DNA of 38,586 nucleotides from Christensenellaceae bacterium (GTDB lineage: Bacteria > Bacillota > Clostridia > Christensenellales > Borkfalkiaceae): positions 1 to 38,586 of the forward strand of contig JAZLBK010000032.1 in NCBI GenBank assembly GCA_045613665.1. Reading direction: 5' to 3'. Each line of letters starts with the position of its first letter. The first letter of the stretch is position 1. The translations under genes and the position numbers were made by a program. Positions 1 through 7,851 of the stretch are shown one piece after another. Under the pieces are notes generated by a model. The model ran no database searches and had not been told where the DNA came from. It worked only from the letters and a program-made list of their open reading frames with translations.

Positions 1-80
1 GGGGCTATCCCCTATCGTACGAATTTAATTAACTATACTATAAATAGTATAACTTGTCAACTTATTAAGCCGTATTCTTT

Positions 81-114
81 AATAAAGTAAAAGCCCGATA
101 GAGTTTATCGGGCT
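81..114 (-). terminator. Rho-independent terminator downstream of the hydrolase remnant
   Basis: Inverted repeat agcccgata (92-100) / tatcgggct (106-114). On the minus strand it is followed by TTTACTTTATT. Confidence 0.5.
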
Positions 115-169
115 AAATTTATCATATAACGCTTATTTCAAAGGTAAAACGATAATTGCTTTATATAAC

Positions 170-775
170 TTATTTTTCATAAGGAATATCCATATAACTG
201 TCTTCGGTGTAAATAGTGTTGTTTGCAACCTTAGTGTCGGTAACGTAAGCAAAATGACCTTTTACGTTGGGGTGTGGCAGATATAATCCGCTATTAGAAG
301 AAATATCTATTCTAATACTCATTCCAGGTTTTATCGTAAAGGCAATCGGCGACGTTTCAAGTTCAATTTCAACTTTCTTGTTAGGCTTATAATCTTTTAT
401 AAAATAAGATAGCGCACCTATCGTTTCGGTAAGGTTATAACTCTTGTCGTTTTCAACGAAATATAGTCGCATAAAAAACGCCGTATCTTCGCAATCGGAC
501 GAAACGCTTAAATGAAATTTGACTTTGCCGTAAAAACTTTCTTCCTTTTCAAAAGGGTCGCTAACGAAAGAAACTACGCCGTCAACCGTATTAGGTTCAT
601 GCGCGCGATGGATACAATGATGCTTAAAGCACTCGTTAACGGTATTTGGGTCATACTTGTAACAAATTTCTTCGCCTTCTGTCGATTGCAAAAGTAGTTT
701 GCTATTTTTTGCAAGGTAAAATCTATTATACTTGCAATTATTATTTGGATAAACGTCTTCGCGCCACTCGTCCAA
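170..775 (-). pseudogene. 3' remnant of a CocE/NonD (S15 X-Pro dipeptidyl-peptidase) family hydrolase; only the C-terminal beta-sandwich domain remains
   Basis: The 201-aa ORF has the PepX_C-like pattern (YDPNTV..., FHLSVSSDCEDTAFFMRLYFV..., GMSIRIDISSNS). Its only possible start is TTG, just after an in-frame TGA at 779-781. The ~350-aa alpha/beta-hydrolase N-terminal part is absent, and only 112 nt separate the ORF from the kbl stop. Confidence 0.7.
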
Positions 776-887
776 AACTCATCGCAAGTATTATGGATTA
801 AACTTTGGGTAAATTCAGGAACGTCAACGCCGAAAGCGCGCCTTTTACTAACCGTAAATGGCGCGCTTAAATTATTTTTTAACTATA

Positions 888-2072
888 TTAAAACCCTAAT
901 TCTTTTTTGCATTCTACAAATGCTTGAACGCATTTATCAATGTCTTCCTTGCTGTGCCCAGCGGACATTTGCGTTCTTATTCTTGCCTTGTCTTTGGGAA
1001 CTACCGGATAGAAAAATCCTGTAACGTAAATACCTTTTTCAAGCATTTTTTCAGCAACTTTTTGGCTGAGAACAGCGTCGTAAAGCATAACGGGTACGAT
1101 AGCGTGGTCTTTGCCCGCTAAATCAAAACCGTTCTTTTCCATCTCACTTCTAAAATACTTGGCGTTTTCCATTACCTTGTTGCAAAGCGAATTGTCTTTT
1201 GATAACGTTTCTAACACTTTTAACGTGGTTGCGCATATTGCAGGGGCTACGGTGTTGCTAAAAAGATACGGCCTACTTCTTTGGCGAAGAAGTTCTATAA
1301 TTTCCTTTCTACCGCTTGTAAAACCACCGCTTGCGCCACCAAGCGCTTTTCCAAACGTTCCCGTTATAACGTCTACTCTGCCTTGAACTCCACAATATTC
1401 AGCCGTACCCCTACCCGTTTTACCAACGAAACCGGTTGCGTGGCTGTCGTCAACTACGACTAACGCGTTATATTTTTCAGCAAGATCGCACACCCCTTTA
1501 AGGTTAGCAATTATACCGTCCATTGAAAAAACGCCGTCGGTAACGATAACTTTGTGTTTTGCGCCGTTAGCGTCTGCCTCTTTGAGTTTTAACTCTAAAT
1601 CTTCCATATCGTTATTCTTATAACGGTATTTAGTAGTTTTAGTAAGACGTACGCCGTCAATTATGCTTGCGTGATTAAGTTCGTCTGAAATAATTGCGTC
1701 TTCTTTGGTGGTTATAGTTTCAAATAAACCACCGTTAGCATCAAAGCAACTGCTGTAAAGTATAGTATCTTCCGTGCCTAAAAAATCCGAAATGGCTTTT
1801 TCAAGTTCTTTGTGAATTGTTTGAGTTCCACATATAAAACGCACGCTTGATAAACCATATCCGTACTTTTCGTAACTTTCAATAGCCGTTTTTTTAAGTT
1901 CTTCGTTATTTGAAAGCCCTAAATAGTTATTAGCGCAGAAGTTCAAAACTCCGTTTGCCTTAGTCGTATTTATCGAACTTTGTTGCGGGGTAGTAATAAT
2001 TCTTTCTTCCTTCCAAAGCCCACTTGCCTTTATTTCGTCTAATATGTCTTGAAAATATTTTTTATCAATCAT
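888..2072 (-). CDS. kbl: Glycine C-acetyltransferase (2-amino-3-ketobutyrate CoA ligase)
   Basis: 394 aa with alpha-oxoamine synthase motifs VVVDDSHATG and the PLP-lysine context GTFGKALGGASGG. It lies immediately downstream of tdh, as in the classic tdh-kbl pair. Confidence 0.9.
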   Translation of the reverse strand: MIDKKYFQDILDEIKASGLWKEERIITTPQQSSINTTKANGVLNFCANNYLGLSNNEELKKTAIESYEKYGYGLSSVRFICGTQTIHKELEKAISDFLGTEDTILYSSCFDANGGLFETITTKEDAIISDELNHASIIDGVRLTKTTKYRYKNNDMEDLELKLKEADANGAKHKVIVTDGVFSMDGIIANLKGVCDLAEKYNALVVVDDSHATGFVGKTGRGTAEYCGVQGRVDVITGTFGKALGGASGGFTSGRKEIIELLRQRSRPYLFSNTVAPAICATTLKVLETLSKDNSLCNKVMENAKYFRSEMEKNGFDLAGKDHAIVPVMLYDAVLSQKVAEKMLEKGIYVTGFFYPVVPKDKARIRTQMSAGHSKEDIDKCVQAFVECKKELGF

Positions 2073-2084
2073 TTTAATGCCCCT

Positions 2085-3125
2085 TTATTTAGTCCAATCT
2101 AAAATAACTTTACCAGACTTACCGCTATGCATCATTTCAAAGCCCTTTTCAAAGTCTTTATAATTTATTTCTGCGGTTATGATTTTTGAAATATCAAGCC
2201 CAGATTTTAACATTGCCGTCATTTTATGCCAAGTTTCAAAAACTTCTCTACCGTAAATGCCTTGTATCGTGAGCATATTAAAAATAACCTTGTTCCAGTC
2301 AATGGTGGTCTTGTTATCTTGAACGCCAAGCATAGCAATTTTCCCGCCCATAATCATATTGTCAATCATTTCGTTAAATGCTACGGGGCTACCACTCATT
2401 TCTAAGCCTATATCAAAACCTTCAAGCATACCTATTTCGGACTGAACGTCTTTTATGCACTTATTTTTAGTGTTAACCGTCGTAATGCTTGGGCACACTT
2501 GCTTTGCAAGTTCAAGCCTAAAATCACTAATATCTGTAAGAACTACGTTCTTAGCCCCAACGTGACGGCAAATCGTAGCCGCCATTATACCGATAGGCCC
2601 TGCGCCCGTAATAAGCACGTCTTCCCCCACCATACCGAATTTTAACGCGGTGTGCGTAGCGTTACCTAACGGGTCGAAAATAGCGTAGGTTTTCTCAGGA
2701 ATATTTTTAGTGTCGCAAAGCCAAAGATTGCTTACGGGAATTTTCGCGTATTCGGCAAAAATACCGTCCCTATTTACACCTATTCCACTCGTGTTTGGGC
2801 ATAAGTGCTTTCTTCCTGCACGGCAATTTCTACATTTACCGCAAACTACGTGCCCTTCGCCACTAACGATATCGCCCACTTTGAAAGAATCGGTTGCCGA
2901 TTTTATTTCAACGATTTCGCCAACGAATTCGTGCCCGATAGTCATAGGCGGTTTTATTGTGTTTTGAGCCCACTCGTTCCAGTCGTAAATATGAACGTCA
3001 GTTCCGCAAATTGCGGTGTAATGTATTTTAACAAGCGCTTCGCCAAACTCTATTTTGGGTATTTCTTTTCTAACTAAATCAAGCCCTTTTTCTCTACTTG
3101 GCTTAATAATTGCGTCCATTAACAT
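2085..3125 (-). CDS. tdh: L-threonine 3-dehydrogenase (Zn-dependent MDR family)
   Basis: 346 aa with GHEFVGEIVEI, the structural-Zn cysteine cluster CGKCRNCRAGRKHLC and the Rossmann motif ITGAGPIG. It is adjacent to kbl. Confidence 0.9.
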   Translation of the reverse strand: MLMDAIIKPSREKGLDLVRKEIPKIEFGEALVKIHYTAICGTDVHIYDWNEWAQNTIKPPMTIGHEFVGEIVEIKSATDSFKVGDIVSGEGHVVCGKCRNCRAGRKHLCPNTSGIGVNRDGIFAEYAKIPVSNLWLCDTKNIPEKTYAIFDPLGNATHTALKFGMVGEDVLITGAGPIGIMAATICRHVGAKNVVLTDISDFRLELAKQVCPSITTVNTKNKCIKDVQSEIGMLEGFDIGLEMSGSPVAFNEMIDNMIMGGKIAMLGVQDNKTTIDWNKVIFNMLTIQGIYGREVFETWHKMTAMLKSGLDISKIITAEINYKDFEKGFEMMHSGKSGKVILDWTK

Positions 3126-3143
3126 TATTTTTACCTTCTTTTT

Positions 3144-3827
3144 TTATTTATTTTCTTCTATATGAACTTTTGGTAAACTCCAATGAAATTTAGTTGCAAG
3201 AACGCGAAGTAATACTACTATTAAAATTCCAACTACCGTTGCCAAAATGTTATCAACGTAAAGCCTTAATACGTAATATGCCGTTGCACCTATTATAGAC
3301 GCGATTGCATAAACGTGCTTGGTAAATATGTAAGGTGGGGTTTCGGTAAACATATCTCGTAAAAGCCCACCGCCAACGCCTGTAAGCACGCCCATCGTGA
3401 TAGACAAAAATACGTTAGCAGAAAGCCCGTATTGAAAGGCAAGTTCAACACCCATCACCGAAAAAGTTGCAAGCCCAACCGCATCAAAATAATTGTTTAT
3501 ATGGTCTACCCTTTCTCTAATGCTTTCAAAAGCGTTGCGCTTAACGTAAGCAACTAAAAACACTAAAAGAGAAGTTACCGTGGCAATTGCTAATATGTAT
3601 AGGTTAGAAAAAATTAAAGGCGGTAAACTGCCGGCTATTACGTCGCGAGTAATTCCACCGCCAACCGCGGTAACGCAACCAACTACAACTACGCCAAAAA
3701 CGTCAAACTTCGCTTTAACGGCTACGAGCGCGCCGGACACTGCAAACGCAATAGTTCCTAAAATTTCAAGAATTAGTAAAATTTGTTGAGTAATCATAAC
3801 CATCCTACTATTTGTATTCAAAAACAC
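3144..3827 (-). CDS. TRIC/UPF0126 family membrane protein (YadS-like)
   Basis: Polytopic membrane ORF with the duplicated UPF0126 signature VGGGITRDV and VGGGLLRDM. The start is uncertain: the ORF-track start is GTG, and ATG at 3795-3797 has AGGA 5 nt upstream. Confidence 0.75.
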   Translation of the reverse strand: MFLNTNSRMVMITQQILLILEILGTIAFAVSGALVAVKAKFDVFGVVVVGCVTAVGGGITRDVIAGSLPPLIFSNLYILAIATVTSLLVFLVAYVKRNAFESIRERVDHINNYFDAVGLATFSVMGVELAFQYGLSANVFLSITMGVLTGVGGGLLRDMFTETPPYIFTKHVYAIASIIGATAYYVLRLYVDNILATVVGILIVVLLRVLATKFHWSLPKVHIEENK

Positions 3828-4006
3828 TGTGAAAAGTTTGCAATAGTAACTGATAATATTTTATCATACGGGAAATATACAATTCAATAAAAATAGGGCT
3901 GTTTTGATATTCAATATTACTATAACGGCTTATAACTTTTTAACATTACGTAGCCTTTTTTCATACGATAATAAGGTAATATACAACGCAAGGAGAAATA
4001 TACGTA

Positions 4007-4432
4007 ATGTGCGAAAATAAAAATCATTGTCACGTAGAGAAAGATTCGTCCCCTATATTAAACGTTAAAAAACTTTCTTGCCTTAACGATTTTTTTAGAA
4101 GAGAAGTTTGGACGGGTAAATTCTCTCAACTCACAGTTATGTCAATTCCATCAGGCGGAGAAATAGGCTTAGAACTACACGACGACTTAGACCAAATTTT
4201 AGTTATAGAATACGGCATAGCGTCAGTTTATAGCGGAAAAACTAAAAACAGCGTTTCTTTTAAGGGTTGCGCTAATAACGAGTGCGCCGTAATTATCCCT
4301 GCCGGCACTTATCATAATTTAATTAACGAACAATCTTATCCATTAAAACTGTTTTCCGTATACGCCCCACCCAAACACCCGATAGGCACAATACACAAAA
4401 CCAAGTTTGAAAGCGATTTAGAAGAATATTAA
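4007..4432 (+). CDS. Cupin-domain protein
   Basis: 141 aa with a cupin barrel pattern (GGEIGLELHDDLDQILVIEYG ... AVIIPAGTYHNLIN). The RBS AAGGAGA lies upstream of the ATG. Confidence 0.7.
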   Translation: MCENKNHCHVEKDSSPILNVKKLSCLNDFFRREVWTGKFSQLTVMSIPSGGEIGLELHDDLDQILVIEYGIASVYSGKTKNSVSFKGCANNECAVIIPAGTYHNLINEQSYPLKLFSVYAPPKHPIGTIHKTKFESDLEEY

Positions 4433-4440
4433 AAATAAAA

Positions 4441-4471
4441 AAACCGCAGTAGTAAAGTACTGCGGTTTTTT
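4441..4471 (+). terminator. Rho-independent terminator of the cupin gene (hairpin usable on both strands)
   Basis: ccgcagta (4444-4451) / tactgcgg (4458-4465) followed by T6. A-run upstream. Confidence 0.75.
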
Positions 4472-4575
4472 GGCGGAAAAGGCGGGGGATTCCCCTGCTA
4501 GGGGAAATGTCGCAAAGCGACAAAAGGGTTGCCGTCCGCGGCGAGCGATTGAACCCTTGGGTAAAAATACCGCCC
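4471..4575 (-). other. tRNA-Ser-derived, non-canonical tRNA-like element (pseudo-tRNA or integration scar)
   Basis: Its minus-strand 3' end, CCCGCCTTTTCCGCCA, is identical to the last 16 nt of the adjacent tRNA-Ser. It also carries TACCCAAG (D-arm-like) and GGGTTCAATC (T-loop-like). The segment is closed by GGCGG/CCGCC around three hairpins, but no valid cloverleaf can be drawn. Confidence 0.5.
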
Positions 4576-4580
4576 TAACG

Positions 4581-4610
4581 AAAAAAGCACACCTTTTAGG
4601 TGTGCTTTTT
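4581..4610. terminator. Bidirectional hairpin terminator after tRNA-Ser
   Basis: gcacacc (4587-4593) / ggtgtgc (4599-4605), flanked by A6 and T5. Confidence 0.7.
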
Positions 4611-4701
4611 GGCGGAAAAGGCGGGATTTGAACCCGCGCTACGTTATTCACGTACTACTCCCTTAGCAGGGGAGCCCCTTCAGCCACTTGGGTACTTTTC
4701 C
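4610..4701 (-). tRNA. tRNA-Ser (anticodon GCU), class II with long variable arm, CCA encoded
   Basis: Manual cloverleaf: acceptor GGAAAAG/CTTTTCC, D stem CCC/GGG, anticodon arm CTCCC-CTGCTAA-GGGAG, variable arm stem TACGT/ACGTA, T arm GCGGG-TTCAAAT-CCCGC, discriminator G, then CCA. Length 92 nt. Confidence 0.95.
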
Positions 4702-4775
4702 TTAACTGAAATTTATATAAATTTAACTATGTGTAATTTAACCTAAACGCGTATTTATTGCTAAATTGCCTAATT

Positions 4776-4804
4776 ATAATATCACACTAATGAAATAAAG
4801 TCAA
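4776..4804 (-). promoter_or_regulatory. Putative sigma-A promoter for tRNA-Ser
   Basis: On the minus strand, TTGACT (4804-4799), a 17-nt spacer, then TATTAT (4781-4776). Confidence 0.35.
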
Positions 4805-4848
4805 AATATTTTTGCAACTTTTCAAAAATTACTTTTTTATATAAAATA

Positions 4849-4877
4849 TTGACATTTAGTTAAATTAGATATACACT
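4849..4877 (+). promoter_or_regulatory. Putative sigma-A promoter for the membrane-protein gene
   Basis: TTGACA (4849-4854), 17-nt spacer, TACACT (4872-4877). Confidence 0.4.
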
Positions 4878-4902
4878 TTATCTATTATTAGGAGGGTGTT
4901 TT

Positions 4903-5655
4903 ATGGAACTTTGGTCACAAAATCACGTTAAAACGCTGTTGCCGTCTTTTATCGTTATGATAATACTTGGTATTATACTTAGAATTTTTCTTAAAAACAA
5001 AAGTGAAAAAATTCGTATGATACCTTTTCAAATTTGCACTATAATAATTTTAGTTTTAGAAGTTATTAAGCAGGTTTTATCTTTTATTGAAGGGTACGAC
5101 CTTTATCATATCCCCTTACACTTTTGTTCGTTATTTTTGTATCTACTTCCTGCTATGGCGTTTTACAACGGAAAGCACAAAGATAAAGTTCGCGCGGTAA
5201 CCACTACCGTTTGCGGTGCGCTATTTTTACTTATGACGATATACCCAAGCGTTATATATAGCGGTGAGGCAATACAAGGAACTTTCACAAGTTTTTGGGA
5301 TTTTCACACCACGGTATTCCATACGATAGCAACGTTTACTTTCGTACTTATAGTTTGTTTAGACCTTTATAAACCAAACTTCAAAAAGGACGTTGTTTCA
5401 ATACTTATTTTCTTTGCAATATATTGTTTAATTGCAGGCGTTGTATCTCAAATTATAAAAACCAACTTTAATAATTTCTACCATTGCAACGTTCCGCCTA
5501 TTGAAGATTTAAGGCTTTCTATTGCTGAAAGTTTAGGCTACGGCGTAGCGCAAACGCTATACGTAATTATAGTTTCGATAGTGAACTTAATTTTCGTAAA
5601 TCTTGCATATAACCTATTTAGGCTTTTAAGTTTTTTGATGAAAAAATTAAAATGA
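4903..5655 (+). CDS. Integral membrane protein, YwaF/TIGR02206-like
   Basis: 250 aa with about 7 TM segments and a conserved-looking IPLHFCS motif. The RBS AGGAGGG is upstream. The family assignment is from memory only. Confidence 0.5.
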   Translation: MELWSQNHVKTLLPSFIVMIILGIILRIFLKNKSEKIRMIPFQICTIIILVLEVIKQVLSFIEGYDLYHIPLHFCSLFLYLLPAMAFYNGKHKDKVRAVTTTVCGALFLLMTIYPSVIYSGEAIQGTFTSFWDFHTTVFHTIATFTFVLIVCLDLYKPNFKKDVVSILIFFAIYCLIAGVVSQIIKTNFNNFYHCNVPPIEDLRLSIAESLGYGVAQTLYVIIVSIVNLIFVNLAYNLFRLLSFLMKKLK

Positions 5656-5680
5656 GTAAATTAAATATAACTTAAACAAA

Positions 5681-5708
5681 AAAGAACGGCATCTGCCGTT
5701 CTTTTTTT
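5681..5708. terminator. Bidirectional hairpin terminator
   Basis: gaacggc (5684-5690) / gccgttc (5695-5701) followed by T7. A-run upstream. Confidence 0.75.
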
Positions 5709-5790
5709 GGTGCGGACGATGAGATTTGAACTCACACGGGTAACCACAGGCTTCTGAGACCTGAGCGTCTGCCAGTTCCGCCACGTCCGC
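5708..5790 (-). tRNA. tRNA-Leu (anticodon CAG), CCA encoded
   Basis: Manual cloverleaf: acceptor GCGGACG/CGTCCGC, anticodon arm CAGGT-CTCAGAA-GCCTG, long variable arm, T arm GTGAG-TTCAAAT-CTCAT, discriminator A, then CCA. Length 83 nt. Confidence 0.93.
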
Positions 5791-5807
5791 TTAAATTTAC
5801 AAAGGCT

Positions 5808-6482
5808 TTAATTTTTTACCTTTGCGGTTAGTTTGTTTATAGTTTTTCCAAGTTTAATAAACTTTTCTTCGTACTCGGTTAAAACGTTGTCTTTTATATC
5901 GCTGTTATGTAAATCACGCGTTAGATAGGTTAATTCAAACCCGTTTTTTATTAAAGAATTTACAGAATACTCAAAAAAGTCGTCGTTATCCGTTTTGAAG
6001 TGTAATTCCGCCCCGTCTTTAAGGAGATACTTGTATATTTCTAAAAAAGACCAGTAGGTTAAACGGTGATTTTCATACTGCTTTTTGGGATACGGGCATG
6101 AAAAGTTCAAATACAGTTTAGATATTGATTTTTTAGGTAAAGTATACTTTAATATTTCCGCGCCGATATTAAAAAGTTTAACGTTTTTAATCCCTTTTTC
6201 AATAATTTTTTCAGCGCCCGAAATTAAAACGTTAAGTTGAATTTCCACGCCTACGTAATTTATATGCGGATTGTTTTGTGCCTTTTCTATAATAAACCTA
6301 CCCTTGCCTGAACCTATTTCAAGTTCAACGGGATTGTCGTTATTAAACAAATCACTTGGCAAAAACACTTCGTAACGCTTTTCTTCTTCAAGCCCAAGTA
6401 TTTCTGTCGTTTTTGATAAAACTATTACGCCATTTGCATCAATCGCTCTTTTATCTAAGTTCTTTTTACGCCTTGCTCTCAT
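5808..6482 (-). CDS. trmB: tRNA (guanine46-N7)-methyltransferase
   Basis: 224 aa with the SAM-binding motif ELEIGSGKGRFI and a TrmB-like FSCPYPKK..HRL segment. Confidence 0.85.
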   Translation of the reverse strand: MRARRKKNLDKRAIDANGVIVLSKTTEILGLEEEKRYEVFLPSDLFNNDNPVELEIGSGKGRFIIEKAQNNPHINYVGVEIQLNVLISGAEKIIEKGIKNVKLFNIGAEILKYTLPKKSISKLYLNFSCPYPKKQYENHRLTYWSFLEIYKYLLKDGAELHFKTDNDDFFEYSVNSLIKNGFELTYLTRDLHNSDIKDNVLTEYEEKFIKLGKTINKLTAKVKN

Positions 6483-7366
6483 AACAAATCGTCGGTATAG
6501 CCGAATTCCTTTATTAGCGAAGATTTATCTCGCCAGTTTTCTTTAACCTTAACAAAAGTAGTTAAAAACACTTTTGCAGATAAAAACTTTTCCATATCTT
6601 GCCTTGCGTATGCACTAATTTCTTTAAGCATTTGCCCTTGTTTGCCTATAATAATCGCCTTATGGTTAAGTTTTTCGCACACGATATCTAAATTTATATC
6701 GTAAGTTCCACTCTTTTTTCTCTCAAAACCGTTAACGACTATTGCAACGCCGTGAGGAATTTCTTTGTCAAGTTTAAGAAGAATTTTCTCACGCATAATT
6801 TCAGCAATCATAAATTTATTAGACTTGTTTGAAACGATATCTTCCTTAAACAGTTTTTCTTGGGTGGGAAGATATTTAAGTATGGTTGAAATAACTTCTT
6901 TAACGTTTCTATTTTTTCTTGCCGAAACGGGTATAATTTCAGCCACCCCTTCAACGCTTGCTATTTTTACAAGATTTTCGGGGATATTATCTTTTGGCAT
7001 AATATCTATCTTGCTCATAGCAACGATAACGGGTGCGTCGCTAATAATTGAAGAAAGAAGTTTTAAGTCGTCGTCACTAACCCCGTCGTGCCCGTCGAGA
7101 ACGAATAAAACAACGTCAACGTCCTTTGCCGTTTTGCGTGCGGTTTTTTGCATTTTTTTATTAAGTTCGGTGGTGGACTTATAAAACCCCGGCGTATCTT
7201 CAAAAACTATTTGATAGTCGTTTGTAGTTAAAACGCCAAGTATTCTATCGCGCGTGGTTTGAGGTTTGGGCGAAACTATTGCAACTTTTTCGCCTACTAT
7301 TACGTTTATAAGTGTAGATTTTCCAGCGTTTGCCCTACCGACAACCGCTACCGTACCGCATTTCAT
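6479..7366 (-). CDS. era: GTPase Era
   Basis: 295 aa with G1 GRANAGKST, G3 DTPG, G4 SKID and a C-terminal KH domain. It follows ybeY, as is typical. Confidence 0.92.
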   Translation of the reverse strand: MKCGTVAVVGRANAGKSTLINVIVGEKVAIVSPKPQTTRDRILGVLTTNDYQIVFEDTPGFYKSTTELNKKMQKTARKTAKDVDVVLFVLDGHDGVSDDDLKLLSSIISDAPVIVAMSKIDIMPKDNIPENLVKIASVEGVAEIIPVSARKNRNVKEVISTILKYLPTQEKLFKEDIVSNKSNKFMIAEIMREKILLKLDKEIPHGVAIVVNGFERKKSGTYDINLDIVCEKLNHKAIIIGKQGQMLKEISAYARQDMEKFLSAKVFLTTFVKVKENWRDKSSLIKEFGYTDDLL

Positions 7367-7368
7367 AA

Positions 7369-7851
7369 TTATCTTAATACCTTTACTTTTTCAAGAACTT
7401 CATTTGCAAGTTTACGCATTTCCAAATCGTCATTTTGAGTTATATGGTCGTAACCGAACAAGTGTAGTAAGCCGTGGCAAAACAAATAACAAAGTTCCCT
7501 TTCTAAACTGTGCCCGAACTCTTCCGCTTGTTCTTTCGCCCTTTTTTCGCAGATTATAATACTTCCTAAAAACACGTTGCCGTCGTCGTCAAGGTCTAAC
7601 GGAAAGTCTTTTTTATCTACGTTTTTATACCTTATGCCGTCAAGATTAGGAAAGGACAAAACGTCCGTTATTTTGTCAATCCCACGAAATTCAAGGTTGG
7701 TTTTTTTAATAAAATTTTCGTCTACAAGATTAAGTTCAACCGAAACGCTACCCGTTTGATTAAGCGTTTTAATTACTTCGTTAGCAATATCTTCGTAGTT
7801 AAAATTAACCTTTTCGCTGGTTAAAACTTTAATGTTAGCCACGTCCACCAC
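7369..7851 (-). CDS. ybeY: rRNA maturation endoribonuclease YbeY
   Basis: 160 aa with the zinc motif HGLLHLFGYDH. Confidence 0.92.
   Translation of the reverse strand: MVDVANIKVLTSEKVNFNYEDIANEVIKTLNQTGSVSVELNLVDENFIKKTNLEFRGIDKITDVLSFPNLDGIRYKNVDKKDFPLDLDDDGNVFLGSIIICEKRAKEQAEEFGHSLERELCYLFCHGLLHLFGYDHITQNDDLEMRKLANEVLEKVKVLR

Noticed and set aside
4471-4575. Possibility that the tRNA-like element is a TAA-suppressor tRNA or tRNA-Sec that rescues the pckG stop
   Set aside because: No 7-nt loop presents a TTA (or TCA) anticodon. The acceptor 5' strand complementary to CTTTTCC is absent, and the T-loop lacks TTC-R-A. No acceptable cloverleaf can be drawn on either strand.
4418-4651. 77-aa minus-strand ORF covering the tRNA-Ser 3' half, two terminator hairpins and the tRNA-like element
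   Set aside because: It overlaps a bona fide tRNA gene and palindromic terminators, so it is an artefact of ORF calling.
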